Shown: positions 49,888 to 58,630 of the stretch, piece after piece | How positions within the stretch are numbered: the stretch's first letter is position 1 | Layout of the letters: every line of letters begins with the position of its first letter | Origin: Candidatus Poribacteria bacterium | GTDB taxonomy: Bacteria; Poribacteria; WGA-4E; WGA-3G | Assembly: GCA_963665235.2 (NCBI GenBank) | Contig: CAXXLX010000001.1 | Location: 320,001-384,000 of the forward strand | Length of the DNA stretch: 64,000 bases | Reading direction: 5' to 3' | Translations under genes and position numbers: made by a program | The notes under the pieces: generated by a model | The model's database searches: none | Seen by the model: the letters and a program-made list of their open reading frames with translations, nothing else | Told to the model about the DNA's origin: nothing

Positions 49888-50459
49888 CTATAGGTATTCG
49901 GTGCTGAGCCACCTTTTCAATTTTGCTTTAGCCCGATGCAACAGAACCCCAACTTTACTTACTGTCAAACCCAACGTATCGGCAATCCGTTCGTAAGACA
50001 GCCCATCGATTCTCAACTGTATTACGTTCTTCTGGTCTTCCGGAAGCCGCTCTATCAAATATTGGCGGATTGATTGTTGTTCTTCAAGAATCATAAGGTT
50101 CGCAGGATTAAATGCCGATTGCGCCTCTATTGTCCTTAAAAGGTTTTCATTTTCATAAAGCACTCGTCTTTCCTCCGATTTCAACCATCTTGCTCTTTTT
50201 CCTTCCGCGATTTTGAACAACCACTTATTGAAACTTTTGGGCTCCAGAATTGTGTTTATCTGTTTAAACGCTTCAAGGAGTGTCTCTTGGGCGAGATCTT
50301 CTGCATCCTGGTTCCCAATGCCTCTGTTTACGAAAAAACGGATAAGTTTTTCGAAATATTTTTCATAGAGGGATCCAATGCCGTTTTGTCACCGGATTGG
50401 CAAGCCCTCACATATTTTGCATCTTCTTCTGCGGTATTCCTGTCCAAATTTAGTGCCAT
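49888..50459 (-). pseudogene. ECF sigma factor with a single frameshift near 50370
   Basis: MALNLD...DAKYVRACQSGDKTALD / LYEKYF...DAEDLAQETLLEAFK...FNKWLFKIA...LPEDQK...GLSYERIA..LG. Confidence 0.85.
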
Positions 50460-50515
50460 TGGCTCACTTTAACACCTTATGTAAAATAAATAATCGCGTG
50501 TGTATTTCGCGCGCT

Positions 50516-50691
50516 TATTATAATAAGGTGCAAAATTTGGCAGAAAATATTACAAAAAAATTTCATTGCTTGAAAAATTAAGTGTGTTTTAATTGCATCG
50601 GCACTTGCGTAAAATAATTACATTCGCGTATTTTGTGTGTTTATTATAAAAGGTGCAGAATTTGGCAGAAAATATTACAAAAAAATTTCAT
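50516..50691. repeat. Duplicated ~50-bp AT-rich upstream motif
   Basis: TTATTATAA(T)AAGGTGCA(A/G)AATTTGGCAGAAAATATTACAAAAAAATTTCAT at 50516 and 50641. Confidence 0.8.
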
Positions 50692-50853
50692 CTGCGATTC
50701 AGACAACTTTACTGCCTTCCAACCTTCCAACCTCCCTTACAACCTTCGGTTCTCCAAAATATTTACCCCTTCCTCAATAAAAAGGCGTTGAAAAGGACAG
50801 CATAAATTGATAAACTATATACAAAAATAATCCCTTCCTACTCGGAGAAATCT

Positions 50854-52092
50854 GTGAATGCAAAAGTTCAAGAACTGACCTCACTGCTCAATAAACATCA
50901 TCGGTATCGTGAGACGTGCCTCAACCTCATTGCCTCAGAGAATACCCCCTCGCCGTTCGTAGAGGAGCTTTTTGATGAAAAATTGGCGCGCCGATACGGA
51001 AATTATATAGGCATTGACGTTTACGAGCGGCATTACAAAGGCAACCGATACATCGCCGAAATAGAAGCGTCCACGCAAGAATTGGCAAAAGAGCTGTTTA
51101 GCGTGGCACACGTTGATTTCCGCCCGCTCTCCGGCAACATCGCCGGAATTGCAGCCACTTTCGCATTGGCAGAACCGGGGGACACTGCGTTAGAGGTTCA
51201 TAACGGACATAGCTATGCCCGCAAACTTGCCACGTCACCGCTTAAGGTAGACCTACAATCAATCCCGATTCCGTGGGAGGACTCTCGTTCAAACATTGAC
51301 CTGACAGCAACACTCACCCTGATTGAAAGACACAAACCGAAGCTTGTCAATATCGGCTCTGCCATCTTTCTCTTTCCGCAACCTGTTGCCGAGCTGAAAC
51401 GTGTGATGCGTCAAGCGAACCCGGAGTCCTACCTCATCTATGATGCGGCACATGTTATCGGTCTCATCGCTGGGGGCCGGTTTCAATCGCCGCTTGCGGA
51501 GGGCGCGGATATCATCATCTCCAGCACACACAAAACGCTTGCAGGGCCGCAGGGGGGGATAATTTTGACGAACGATACATCTATTGCAGAACGAATTGGT
51601 GGAACGGTTTATCCGCTGCTGATGAGCAATCATCATCTGAGTCGGCTGCCAGCATTGGCTGGAACGTTTATCGAGTGGATGACGCACGGTCCAGCACATG
51701 CAGATGCGATTGTTGCGAACGCGAAGGCATTGGGACAGGCACTATCGGAACGCGGCGTGCCGATGCTCGGTGCCAAATTAGGCTTCACGGAATCGCATAC
51801 GCTTATACTGATTGTGGATGCGTATGGAGAGGGCGGGGAGCTTGCGAATCAATTAGAGGCGTGCCATATTATTGCGGGTGCAGTGCCGCTCTCGGGTGAA
51901 GTCGGCACTGCTGGATTGCGTCTCGGCGTGCAAGAGATAACGCGATATGGGATGACACCGGCGGATGCCCCAGAAATCGCGAGCTGTATCGTCGACGCGC
52001 TCACCGGAAAATCGCCTGAAACCGTCAAACCGGAAGTGGCAAGATTGGCAAAACGTTTCGACAAAGTCCGTTTCACGTTACCTGCAAAGTAG
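50854..52092 (+). CDS. Divergent serine hydroxymethyltransferase-family PLP enzyme
   Basis: LNLIASEN, YDAAHVIGLIAGG, STHKTLAGPQGG, GLRLGVQEITR. Confidence 0.85.
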   Translation: MNAKVQELTSLLNKHHRYRETCLNLIASENTPSPFVEELFDEKLARRYGNYIGIDVYERHYKGNRYIAEIEASTQELAKELFSVAHVDFRPLSGNIAGIAATFALAEPGDTALEVHNGHSYARKLATSPLKVDLQSIPIPWEDSRSNIDLTATLTLIERHKPKLVNIGSAIFLFPQPVAELKRVMRQANPESYLIYDAAHVIGLIAGGRFQSPLAEGADIIISSTHKTLAGPQGGIILTNDTSIAERIGGTVYPLLMSNHHLSRLPALAGTFIEWMTHGPAHADAIVANAKALGQALSERGVPMLGAKLGFTESHTLILIVDAYGEGGELANQLEACHIIAGAVPLSGEVGTAGLRLGVQEITRYGMTPADAPEIASCIVDALTGKSPETVKPEVARLAKRFDKVRFTLPAK

Positions 52093-52213
52093 AATGACGA
52101 TGCGGTTTTAGCCTAATCCGTTTAGACGCTGCCTGCGTTTGTAGCATTTGCCCCAAAAACCTCACGTCATAATTGTAACAGAAAACATCATTTACCAGAT
52201 TACCAATTTTTTC

Positions 52214-52242
52214 TTGACATTCTAAAATTATTGTGGTATAAT
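52214..52242 (+). promoter_or_regulatory. Consensus sigma70 promoter of the Rieske operon
   Basis: TTGACA-17-TATAAT with extended TG. Confidence 0.8.
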
Positions 52243-52318
52243 ATTCTATAATTGTTAAATTGTGATTAACATTCGTATTATGTTTTTGCGAACAAATGAT
52301 AGAAAAAGGAGCAAAACT

Positions 52319-54055
52319 ATGGAAAAACAGGAGCCCGGCTGGGTCAAAGTTGCCGAATTAAGTGATGTGCCTGAGGACCAACCGAAGGCAATTGAGATGG
52401 GAGAAGGACGTAGCGTCGCGCTGTTTAACGTTGCGGGTCGGATTTATGCCACCGATAATCAGTGTCCGCACATGGGCTACCCGCTCACGCGAGGCACGGT
52501 TCGCAACGGTATCCTGACGTGTGATTGGCACCGCCGCAGCTTTGATTTAGAGGGGGGTGGCTGTTTCCATGTCGAATGTGATGATTTGCGCGTCTTTCCG
52601 GTGGATATCCGCGGTGAAGAAATATGGATTGAACCGGGCGATATGACATACCGTCGTGCGGAAGAACACAAGCAGCTGCTCCGAGAAGGACTTTTAAGCG
52701 AAGACCGTTGGACAATGTCTAAAGCCATCGCACTTTTGCTTAAAGGCGGTGTCCCTGAATCAGAGGTGATGGGGTCAATTTTGGAACACGTCGCTCGACA
52801 TATTCCCACCGCTCACGGTTCAGAAGGCGGTGGCGATGTCTCCAAACTCATCAACGGCCTCAGAGTCGGACAGAGATATGCGGGTGAAGATAGACTTATC
52901 GCTGTGACAACCGCTGCATGTTCCGCCGCTGGCGAAGCCCATGAACGGCTTGAAGTTGTGCCACTGCCTGAACCCGTTTCATGGGAAAAGATAAGCCGAT
53001 GGGTTCGGATTTTTTCTTACGAGGGACAAGCCGGACGGATTGAACGTTGCTTGTTCACAGCATATCGTAAAGGGGATGCGGATAAATTGTGCCCACTGCT
53101 GTTTGAATGTGCTGTTGAACCGCATTTTATCGACGAACCCCAGATTCCGCTTTATGTCAGCTATCTGTCTGAAGTGGTAGACGAATTCGGGTGGGACCGA
53201 ACCGCAGAGCTGTTCTTCTACCTCGGCGCAGACCTTGTAGGACATCACCCCGATGACCCCGAACGGTACCGTAGGGATGCCATCAACCTCATGAAAGACA
53301 TGCTGCCATCTCTCGACAGTGCCACTTTAGAGCGAACCGATAATTTCAATGAAGATGCTTTTGTCGAAGCCCTCACAAGTGTCAATCTTCAACGCGCTTT
53401 TGCGGTAGTACAGGCAGTCTTGGTTGAGGGTGTCAAATTAGATAGAATAATTACCACACTTGTTCTATTGGCAGCGGATAGAATGGCGAACACCCCCGTT
53501 AGTGTAGATGCAGGGTGGGAAAACTTAACAATGGAGCTCAATTTGGCGGCATCTTTGCGAAGCGCGCAGCAGATTGGGGGTAACCTCGTTGCAGCGAAGG
53601 GGGTTTTCCACGTTGCGTGGCAAATCTTCGCGGACCGCTGGATAAACATCTCCTCACGTCCGCTAAGCGAACCCCTAGGTGAAGAAAAACTATCTGTCGC
53701 GAATGAGGCGGAAGGTATTAAGCACATTATCAGGACGATTGAGACACTCAATGTGCAAAGTGTCGGGAGACAGGTGCTCGGCTATCTAAATGCCGGTTAT
53801 TCTGCTGAACGTTTGCTCGAAGCGATTGGGCATTCAGTGCTATGGGATGATACGGGCAGTGAAATTCTGCCGACATTGCGTACCGTATTTGAGGAGTGGC
53901 AACACGCGGAAGGACATCCCGCACAGCCACAACTGCTCGTCGGATTAGCACGTTACGTTACAGATATCCGCTCGAACACGGATAACAAATCTGCGGCGAC
54001 TACCGCAATGCGTTTCGCCGAAGGTAGAACAACGATTGAAGTTTTTGAGGAGTAA
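52319..54055 (+). CDS. Rieske [2Fe-2S] ferredoxin fused to a large all-helical domain, paralog A
   Basis: CPHMG...CDWH; RBS AAGGAG. Confidence 0.85.
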   Translation: MEKQEPGWVKVAELSDVPEDQPKAIEMGEGRSVALFNVAGRIYATDNQCPHMGYPLTRGTVRNGILTCDWHRRSFDLEGGGCFHVECDDLRVFPVDIRGEEIWIEPGDMTYRRAEEHKQLLREGLLSEDRWTMSKAIALLLKGGVPESEVMGSILEHVARHIPTAHGSEGGGDVSKLINGLRVGQRYAGEDRLIAVTTAACSAAGEAHERLEVVPLPEPVSWEKISRWVRIFSYEGQAGRIERCLFTAYRKGDADKLCPLLFECAVEPHFIDEPQIPLYVSYLSEVVDEFGWDRTAELFFYLGADLVGHHPDDPERYRRDAINLMKDMLPSLDSATLERTDNFNEDAFVEALTSVNLQRAFAVVQAVLVEGVKLDRIITTLVLLAADRMANTPVSVDAGWENLTMELNLAASLRSAQQIGGNLVAAKGVFHVAWQIFADRWINISSRPLSEPLGEEKLSVANEAEGIKHIIRTIETLNVQSVGRQVLGYLNAGYSAERLLEAIGHSVLWDDTGSEILPTLRTVFEEWQHAEGHPAQPQLLVGLARYVTDIRSNTDNKSAATTAMRFAEGRTTIEVFEE

Positions 54056-54061
54056 TCGTTT

Positions 54062-55336
54062 ATGGGTCAGAACGGTTGGCACTTATCACGCGCAGAATTT
54101 ATTGAAGCGGTGAACAGAGGAGACGCAAACCGAGTCAAACGTTCACTGGCAGCGAGTGCTGAACTTTTGGATTACATTGACGAACCGTGGTTCGCCTTTG
54201 ACGCGCCGGCGGTTGTGTTCGCTGCGTCGATGGGCAATCTGCCGCTAGTGGAGGTGCTGCTTTCTGCTGGCGCAGATATTGATGTCAAAAGCTCCTGGTG
54301 GGCAGGGGGCACTTCAGCCCTGCAACATGCAGCAGGTTCAATGCTATCATATAACAAAAAATTAGCCGCCTATCTCATTGAACGGGGCGCGACGGTTGAC
54401 GCACATTCAGCAGCTGGCTTGGATATGGCGGATACGCTTGAGGCGTTGATTCGTGAAAATCCTGCTGTGGTGAACGCCCCCGGATGTGATGGCATGTCCC
54501 CGCTGCATTTCGCAGCGACACCCCATATTGCTGATATGCTCCTCAAACACGGCGCGGACATAAACCTACGCGACCGGGACCATCACGGAACGCCCACGCA
54601 ATGGACACTGAAAAATCGTCCCGAAGTCTGCCGATACCTCATTGAACAAGGGGCAGAAGCGGATATTGTCCTCTATTGTGCAATGGGGGATGTGGCACGG
54701 GCCCAGGCGGAATTTCAAAAAAATCCGGAACTCCTCACGTTGCGGATAAATATGAAATCCCCTGAAGGTTATGTTATCCCATCGTCAAACCCGCCTCGTC
54801 CCGATGATAAGGAGATAGATGAGGTGCCCGGCGGTCATGTCTATATCCACCAAATCGGACCGACCCTGCCGCTGCTTGAGATAGCACTTAAGTTTAAACA
54901 GCCCGCAATCATCGATGTGCTGATTGACGTAGGTTATCAAATCAACTTGCGAGATTGGTATGTGCTCGTTGGGCAGGGACCTAAGCGGTTTGATGCGTTG
55001 GTTAAAAAGTTTATTGCCAAAGGGGTAGACATCAACGCCCTTCAAAGGCATCGGCGCGGCCTATGGACACCGCTCCATTGGGTCGCACAACGCGGATTGA
55101 CGCGCGGGATTGCCTGTTTATTAGAAAACGGTGCCGACCCGAATGTAGTGGACGATAAGGGACAAACCCCCTTACACTTCATCGCGAAGAAGGGGGTCGG
55201 TAAAAACCAAGCACAGTTGTTGATTGAACACGGAGCAAATATCAACGCACAGGATGAAGCTGGACAGACACCGCTCGATTGCGCCAAGAAGGCGAACAAA
55301 AAATCTGTCTTAACGTTCCTTGCAACATTAAAGTAG
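54062..55336 (+). CDS. Ankyrin repeat protein
   Basis: SPLHFAA, TPLHWVA, TPLHFIA, GADIN/GANIN motifs; no signal peptide. Confidence 0.92.
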   Translation: MGQNGWHLSRAEFIEAVNRGDANRVKRSLAASAELLDYIDEPWFAFDAPAVVFAASMGNLPLVEVLLSAGADIDVKSSWWAGGTSALQHAAGSMLSYNKKLAAYLIERGATVDAHSAAGLDMADTLEALIRENPAVVNAPGCDGMSPLHFAATPHIADMLLKHGADINLRDRDHHGTPTQWTLKNRPEVCRYLIEQGAEADIVLYCAMGDVARAQAEFQKNPELLTLRINMKSPEGYVIPSSNPPRPDDKEIDEVPGGHVYIHQIGPTLPLLEIALKFKQPAIIDVLIDVGYQINLRDWYVLVGQGPKRFDALVKKFIAKGVDINALQRHRRGLWTPLHWVAQRGLTRGIACLLENGADPNVVDDKGQTPLHFIAKKGVGKNQAQLLIEHGANINAQDEAGQTPLDCAKKANKKSVLTFLATLK

Positions 55337-55338
55337 TG

Positions 55339-55361
55339 GGAAACCCGCTCCGCGGGTTTCC
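55339..55361 (+). other. Intergenic hairpin
   Basis: GGAAACCCGC-TCC-GCGGGTTTCC, no U-tract. Confidence 0.5.
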
Positions 55362-55384
55362 GTAATCAAAAGGAGATACACACA

Positions 55385-57124
55385 GTGTTAGCAGAAAATA
55401 CCAATTTCGTTAAAGTCGCTGCCCGCAGTGAAATAACAGAAGGAAAACCGAGGGCAGTCAGGGTTGAAGGACATAGTATTGCGCTCTTTGAGCATGAGGG
55501 TACTATTTATGCAACAGATAATCAGTGTCCACACATGGGATATCCGCTAATACGCGGGCGTGTCAGAAAGGGAGTCCTATCCTGTGACTGGCACGGCTGG
55601 AGCTACGATATGGAAGGGGGAGGCTGCTTCACCGGCGGGTGTGATGACCTCGCTACATTCCCCGTCGAAGTGCGAAATGGCGATATCTATGTGGATGTGG
55701 AGAAGGGGGGTAAGAAACGGGATGATGCCCATTACCTCTTGCTAAAAGAGGGCCTGTTTTCGCAGGACAGCTGGACGCTCTCTAAAGCGATTGCCATTAT
55801 GTTAGCCAAGGGGGTTTCAGAAGATGAAACGTTGGAGATAATGGTTAAGCACATGGTGAAACATATCACTACAGCACAAGGCGCGAGAAATGGCGGCGGC
55901 CGTATTGCAACGTTGATGCACGGGATTAAGGTCGCACAGATGTACGAAGTGGAAGACCGGCTTATTCCGCTGATGATGGCTGCCACACATGCTGCAGGTG
56001 GACACCATGACCGGCCCGCTCGGCAACCGCTTCCCCCGCCAATTGATTGGGAGAAACTCGAAAACTGGATTAGCGTGTTCTCCGCCGACAAGGAGTGGGA
56101 AGGCATAGAAAAATGTCTTATCACCGCGAGGCAGCTCGGTGGACATGACGATAAAATCATTCCGCTGCTCTTTGAATGTGCCGTCGAATGGTTTTTCCTT
56201 ACATACTCAAGAAATCTCATCGATTTGGCACATCTGGCGGAAGTGCTTGAAAAATGGGGATGGGAAATGATAGGTGAGTTAGTCTGCAACCTCGGCGCAA
56301 AGATTCTTGGGCAGGGGCGCGGTAGACCGGGTGAACTTCACCGAGAAGCTATTCAAAAACTGAAGGACATCGAGCCTATCTTCGATGAACTGCCGCCGGA
56401 GGGTTCCGCTGACTACGACGAAGACAAATTCTCCGCCGCGCTGGTTAGTGGAGACCTCGACGAGGTTTTTGATGCGGTAACGGAAATGCTTACAGCGGGG
56501 GTGCCGATTGACACACTTGCTACAACTATGGTGATGACTGCAGCCGATAGGATGGCACGGACACCGGTGAATATGAGCCCCGGCTGGTGGGATTTACAGG
56601 AAGAGATGGAACTTGCAGCAGCAATACGAAAGGTGCAACGTTTAGCCGGAAGTAAAAAAGTTGCCGCGAAGGCACTTTATCATGCTGCATGGCGATTTTT
56701 CAGCAACCGATGGCTAAATATTCGGCATCAACCGATTAGCGCACCGCGAACGTCTTCGACACCTAAAACCCTATCTGAAGACAAAGCCCTCTCCGACATT
56801 ATAGAGGGAATCGAATCTGTCCGCATTCATGAAATCGGTAGGCGGACCCGTGAATATCTCAACGCGGGATGTTCCGCAGAACGACTAATCGCTGAAATGG
56901 GACAATGTATCCTCAAAGATGATAACGGTGGGGAGCTCCTCAGCACAATTCACATTGTAGATAGAGAGTGGCATTACTGTGAAACCCATCCCGCCAGAAA
57001 TCAACTGATTGTTGGATTGGCACGGTGGGCAACGGATGTTCGCAGGAACGCAGGAAACGATTCCGCTGTGCAAACTGCTCACCGCTTCGCCCGAGGTGAA
57101 ACCGCTACGGAACTCTACGAGTAG
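55385..57124 (+). CDS. Rieske [2Fe-2S]-helical fusion, paralog B
   Basis: CPHMG...CDWH; colinear with paralog A (LLKEGL..DSWTLSKAIA, AADRMA.TPV, RFA.G.T..E..E). Confidence 0.85.
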   Translation: MLAENTNFVKVAARSEITEGKPRAVRVEGHSIALFEHEGTIYATDNQCPHMGYPLIRGRVRKGVLSCDWHGWSYDMEGGGCFTGGCDDLATFPVEVRNGDIYVDVEKGGKKRDDAHYLLLKEGLFSQDSWTLSKAIAIMLAKGVSEDETLEIMVKHMVKHITTAQGARNGGGRIATLMHGIKVAQMYEVEDRLIPLMMAATHAAGGHHDRPARQPLPPPIDWEKLENWISVFSADKEWEGIEKCLITARQLGGHDDKIIPLLFECAVEWFFLTYSRNLIDLAHLAEVLEKWGWEMIGELVCNLGAKILGQGRGRPGELHREAIQKLKDIEPIFDELPPEGSADYDEDKFSAALVSGDLDEVFDAVTEMLTAGVPIDTLATTMVMTAADRMARTPVNMSPGWWDLQEEMELAAAIRKVQRLAGSKKVAAKALYHAAWRFFSNRWLNIRHQPISAPRTSSTPKTLSEDKALSDIIEGIESVRIHEIGRRTREYLNAGCSAERLIAEMGQCILKDDNGGELLSTIHIVDREWHYCETHPARNQLIVGLARWATDVRRNAGNDSAVQTAHRFARGETATELYE

Positions 57125-57190
57125 CACAATTAACCATTTTTGTAGGGTAAGGTTGGGATGCCACAATTCAGATTTTAAGGTGGAAAAACG

Positions 57191-57697
57191 ATGAAAACAG
57201 AAACTGAATTTTATACGGACGAGAAGGGACGCACCCGATGGAGCGTCAACGACGACATTGCACAGAAGCTGCTGGAACTCCATACCTTCCTGATTATCGC
57301 AGACTATCCGGAAGACCACGCAGCACGGTACCCACGTTTAGCGCACGCCATCTCCCGATTTCCGGAATCTATGGCGGACTTGGTGGCGCAAGACCGATTG
57401 ATAGAGGAAATTCCGGGGGTCGGTGATATCATCGCTACGATTATCACCGAATTGCTTGAAACCGGCACGTGCACAAAATTGGAGGAGTTCGCAGGGGACA
57501 CACCCCGGACCGTTGTTGAGCTTGTTCCTATCCCTGGGTTCGGGGCTAAAACAATTAAACGTTTGTATGAGGAGACCGGTGTTGACAGTCTCGTTTCCCT
57601 TCGAGAAGCGATTGATGCGGGCAAACTTAAAGGTTTTCGCGGCATCGGTAAGAAAACGTTAGAGAAAATTGAGGGATACCTGACAGCACATATCTGA
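57191..57697 (+). CDS. Stand-alone PolX N-terminal helix-hairpin-helix protein (no palm or PHP domain)
   Basis: IPGVG, IPGFGAKT and FRGIGKKT HhH motifs; ELLETG; 168 aa with clean stop. Confidence 0.8.
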   Translation: MKTETEFYTDEKGRTRWSVNDDIAQKLLELHTFLIIADYPEDHAARYPRLAHAISRFPESMADLVAQDRLIEEIPGVGDIIATIITELLETGTCTKLEEFAGDTPRTVVELVPIPGFGAKTIKRLYEETGVDSLVSLREAIDAGKLKGFRGIGKKTLEKIEGYLTAHI

Positions 57698-57713
57698 TAA
57701 AAGGCGGTGTAAA

Positions 57714-58493
57714 ATGAGATTTACAAATATTTTGGTGATTCTGATAGCTCTTTGTATTGTTGACATCTGCATTCACAATAGCTACGCAAAAATTGACACG
57801 GAATCTGTTATAGGGGCCTGGCTCTTCGACCAGGGAAAAGGAGCAGCTGTGAAAGATTCCTCCAGTAACGGGAATGATGGAGAGATTGTTGGCGCAAAGC
57901 GGGTTGAGGGAAAGATAGGCATGGGTATCGAATTTGATGGCAGTAATCATGTCGTCATTCCCGCTAGTGCAACTATTGACGATTACCGCGACGGGTTCAC
58001 CTACCTGCTTTGGGTCAAACCGCTTGGGGTGCCTAGCGGTCCCCATATTCGTCTTATTGAAAGGGATTGGCACAATCCGAATATCCTTATCGGCCCAACC
58101 GATTTTTACGGCAGCTTCGTCGCGGGTGGCAACATAGATAATAGCCAAATCCGAGGCGGAACTTGGAAAATAGAGGAGTGGAGCTTTGTCGCCTTAACCC
58201 ACGACGGCAAGACACTTATGTTGTACGTAAACGGTGAAAGGGTTGCCGAAGTAAAAGTCGGACAACCCGATGAGACGAACAAAAACGAGAACGGCTCTAT
58301 CTGGTTAGCCCGGTGGAAAGGGGACGTGGGGTGGGATTTTATTGGTGTCCTTGACGAAGTTGCTATCTTCAACACCGCACTAACTGAAGATGACCTCAAT
58401 ACGGTTATGGCAGAGGGCCTTCAGGAGGCACTATCTGTTGCGCCGACCGGCAAGCTAACAACCGTCTGGGGCAATATCAAAAGGGATAAGTAG
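57714..58493 (+). CDS. Secreted LamG-like jellyroll protein with C-terminal KLxxxWxxIK tail
   Basis: WLFDQGKG...DSS.NGNDG, WSFVALTHDG, LYVNG, GVLDEVAIFNTAL; tail VAPTGKLTTVWGNIK. Confidence 0.9.
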   Translation: MRFTNILVILIALCIVDICIHNSYAKIDTESVIGAWLFDQGKGAAVKDSSSNGNDGEIVGAKRVEGKIGMGIEFDGSNHVVIPASATIDDYRDGFTYLLWVKPLGVPSGPHIRLIERDWHNPNILIGPTDFYGSFVAGGNIDNSQIRGGTWKIEEWSFVALTHDGKTLMLYVNGERVAEVKVGQPDETNKNENGSIWLARWKGDVGWDFIGVLDEVAIFNTALTEDDLNTVMAEGLQEALSVAPTGKLTTVWGNIKRDK

Positions 58494-58630
58494 CTTCAGG
58501 TGGAAACCTATAACTGTTGGCAAGAGGTGTAAAAAAGAGTTCTCTTTCTTATATTTCTTGCTAATTGCTAATCGCCAATCGCTAATCGCCAATGAGCAAT
58601 AAATGGTTTCCCTACTACAAGCTGTTTTGG

